DNA of 32,000 bases, taken from positions 750,001 through 782,000 of the forward strand of contig JANQMZ010000007.1 in NCBI GenBank assembly GCA_028279805.1, given 5' to 3'. Of the stretch, positions 31,496-32,000 are shown piece after piece. The stretch is from an archaeon (lineage in GTDB: Archaea > Iainarchaeota > Iainarchaeia > Iainarchaeales > JANQMZ01). The position numbers and the translations under genes are program-made. Within the stretch, counting starts at the first letter, position 1; each line of letters opens with the position of its first letter. The notes under the pieces were generated by a model. It made no database searches and had not been told where the DNA came from. It worked only from the letters and a program-made list of their open reading frames with translations.

Positions 31496-32000
31496 TTTTT
31501 TTTATTTTTAAGTTTTTTTTCCAGTTTTTTTGCTTCTTCGCTTTTTTCAACAGCCAAATCCCTGAAATGCTTTAAGTTTTTTTCATTTTCATTTAACCTT
31601 TTTTTCAATACTTGTATTTTTGTTTCAAGTTTTTCTTCAGCTTCCTGTTTTGCTTTAATTTTTTTTTCTTCCAGTGACAACAGTTCTTTGCTGTAATGGT
31701 TTCTCATTTTAATTGTTTCATTTTCAGCTTCCAGCAGAGTTTTTCTTGCAACATCTCTTTCATTTTTTAACAATGTTATTAATTCACTTGCTTTTTTATA
31801 ATAATTTGAATAGTTTTGTTCCAAAATGCTTATTTTCATTTTTAACTGAATAAAACTTTTCTGCAAAACGTCCAAACTTTTTTCATAATTGTGAACAAAG
31901 GAATTTAACTGGGTTTTTTGTTTTTCAAGTTTTAAATCGGTTTCATGCATTTCTTGTTCCAATTCAGCTGCATTTTCTTCCCTTTGAAAACCCCAGAATG
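31492..32000 (-). CDS. Coiled-coil protein, 5'-partial (N-terminus beyond the right window edge)
   Basis: The track lists 31492..31962 from a TTG. I checked that the frame stays open upstream to position 31998 (...FWGFQREENAAE-LEQEMHETD...). It has heptad-like K/E/L-rich sequence throughout and no nucleotide-binding motifs in the visible part. Confidence 0.4.
   Translation of the reverse strand, partial: FWGFQREENAAELEQEMHETDLKLEKQKTQLNSFVHNYEKSLDVLQKSFIQLKMKISILEQNYSNYYKKASELITLLKNERDVARKTLLEAENETIKMRNHYSKELLSLEEKKIKAKQEAEEKLETKIQVLKKRLNENEKNLKHFRDLAVEKSEEAKKLEKKLKNKKN

Noticed and set aside
1-32000. A search for CRISPR arrays, long direct or inverted repeats, transposases, integrases next to the three tRNAs, or defence-type genes.
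   Set aside because: I found nothing of the kind by eye. The tRNA flanks carry housekeeping genes, there is no repeat-spacer periodicity, and no integrase-like or nuclease/ATPase defence-like ORFs.
1-32000. Possible alternative genetic code, as seen in some small-genome lineages.
   Set aside because: TGA, TAA and TAG all terminate conserved proteins at the expected lengths. Examples are TGA for rrp4, pfdB, purD and the KH protein, TAG for glyS, and TAA for many others. The conserved ORFs listed in the track have no in-frame stops, and my four spot-checks of ppsA (absent from the track) found none.

Overview
This window is a very compact, AT-rich archaeal chromosome segment, roughly one-third GC by eye. 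It has about 44 protein genes and 3 tRNAs, with almost no intergenic DNA. The gene content is almost entirely archaeal housekeeping.

Main gene blocks, in order:
- A 3'-partial PEP synthase, then uL16 and tRNA-Cys.
- A ThiI-like THUMP protein, then Mre11 and AMP-forming acetyl-CoA synthetase.
- A long minus-strand string: OB-fold protein, aIF2-beta, a DUF424-like protein, aIF1A, RIO kinase, KH/Dim2-like protein, Top6B and Top6A.
- A presenilin/SPP-type protease.
- The classical archaeal exosome superoperon (14169-20542): Pop5, PsmA, SBDS, Rrp4, Rrp41, Rrp42, eL43, RpoP, Pcc1, prefoldin-beta and a DHH phosphoesterase.
- A HAD hydrolase and PurD.
- A small module of three uncharacterised genes.
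- A beta-CASP RNase, NMD3, an XRE-type regulator and tRNA-Arg.
- An endonuclease-IV-like protein, a polyprenol-kinase-like membrane protein, fibrillarin and Nop5.
- GlyRS, tRNA-Thr, and two uncharacterised genes.

The style (short proteins, K/E-rich tails, overlapping genes) suggests a small-genome DPANN-like archaeon. This is inference only.

I see no CRISPR array, transposase, integrase, recognisable defence genes or long repeats. I cannot honestly name a new multi-gene system here.

The observations most worth follow-up are:
1. A GC-rich, strongly self-complementary ~60-nt element that appears co-transcribed upstream of tRNA-Arg, and a second GC-rich hairpin element directly after glyS.
2. 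An eL43 (L37Ae) in which all four zinc-ribbon cysteines are replaced.
3. A Nop5 that lacks the N-terminal fibrillarin-binding region although it overlaps the fibrillarin gene.
4. A ThiI homologue whose PP-loop is degenerate (SGSEEE) and whose C-terminal region is shortened.
5. All seven convergent gene junctions lack any spacer, and five share a palindromic TTAA as a dual stop codon.
6. An uncharacterised Zn-ribbon / 67-aa / HTH trio at 22545-23280.
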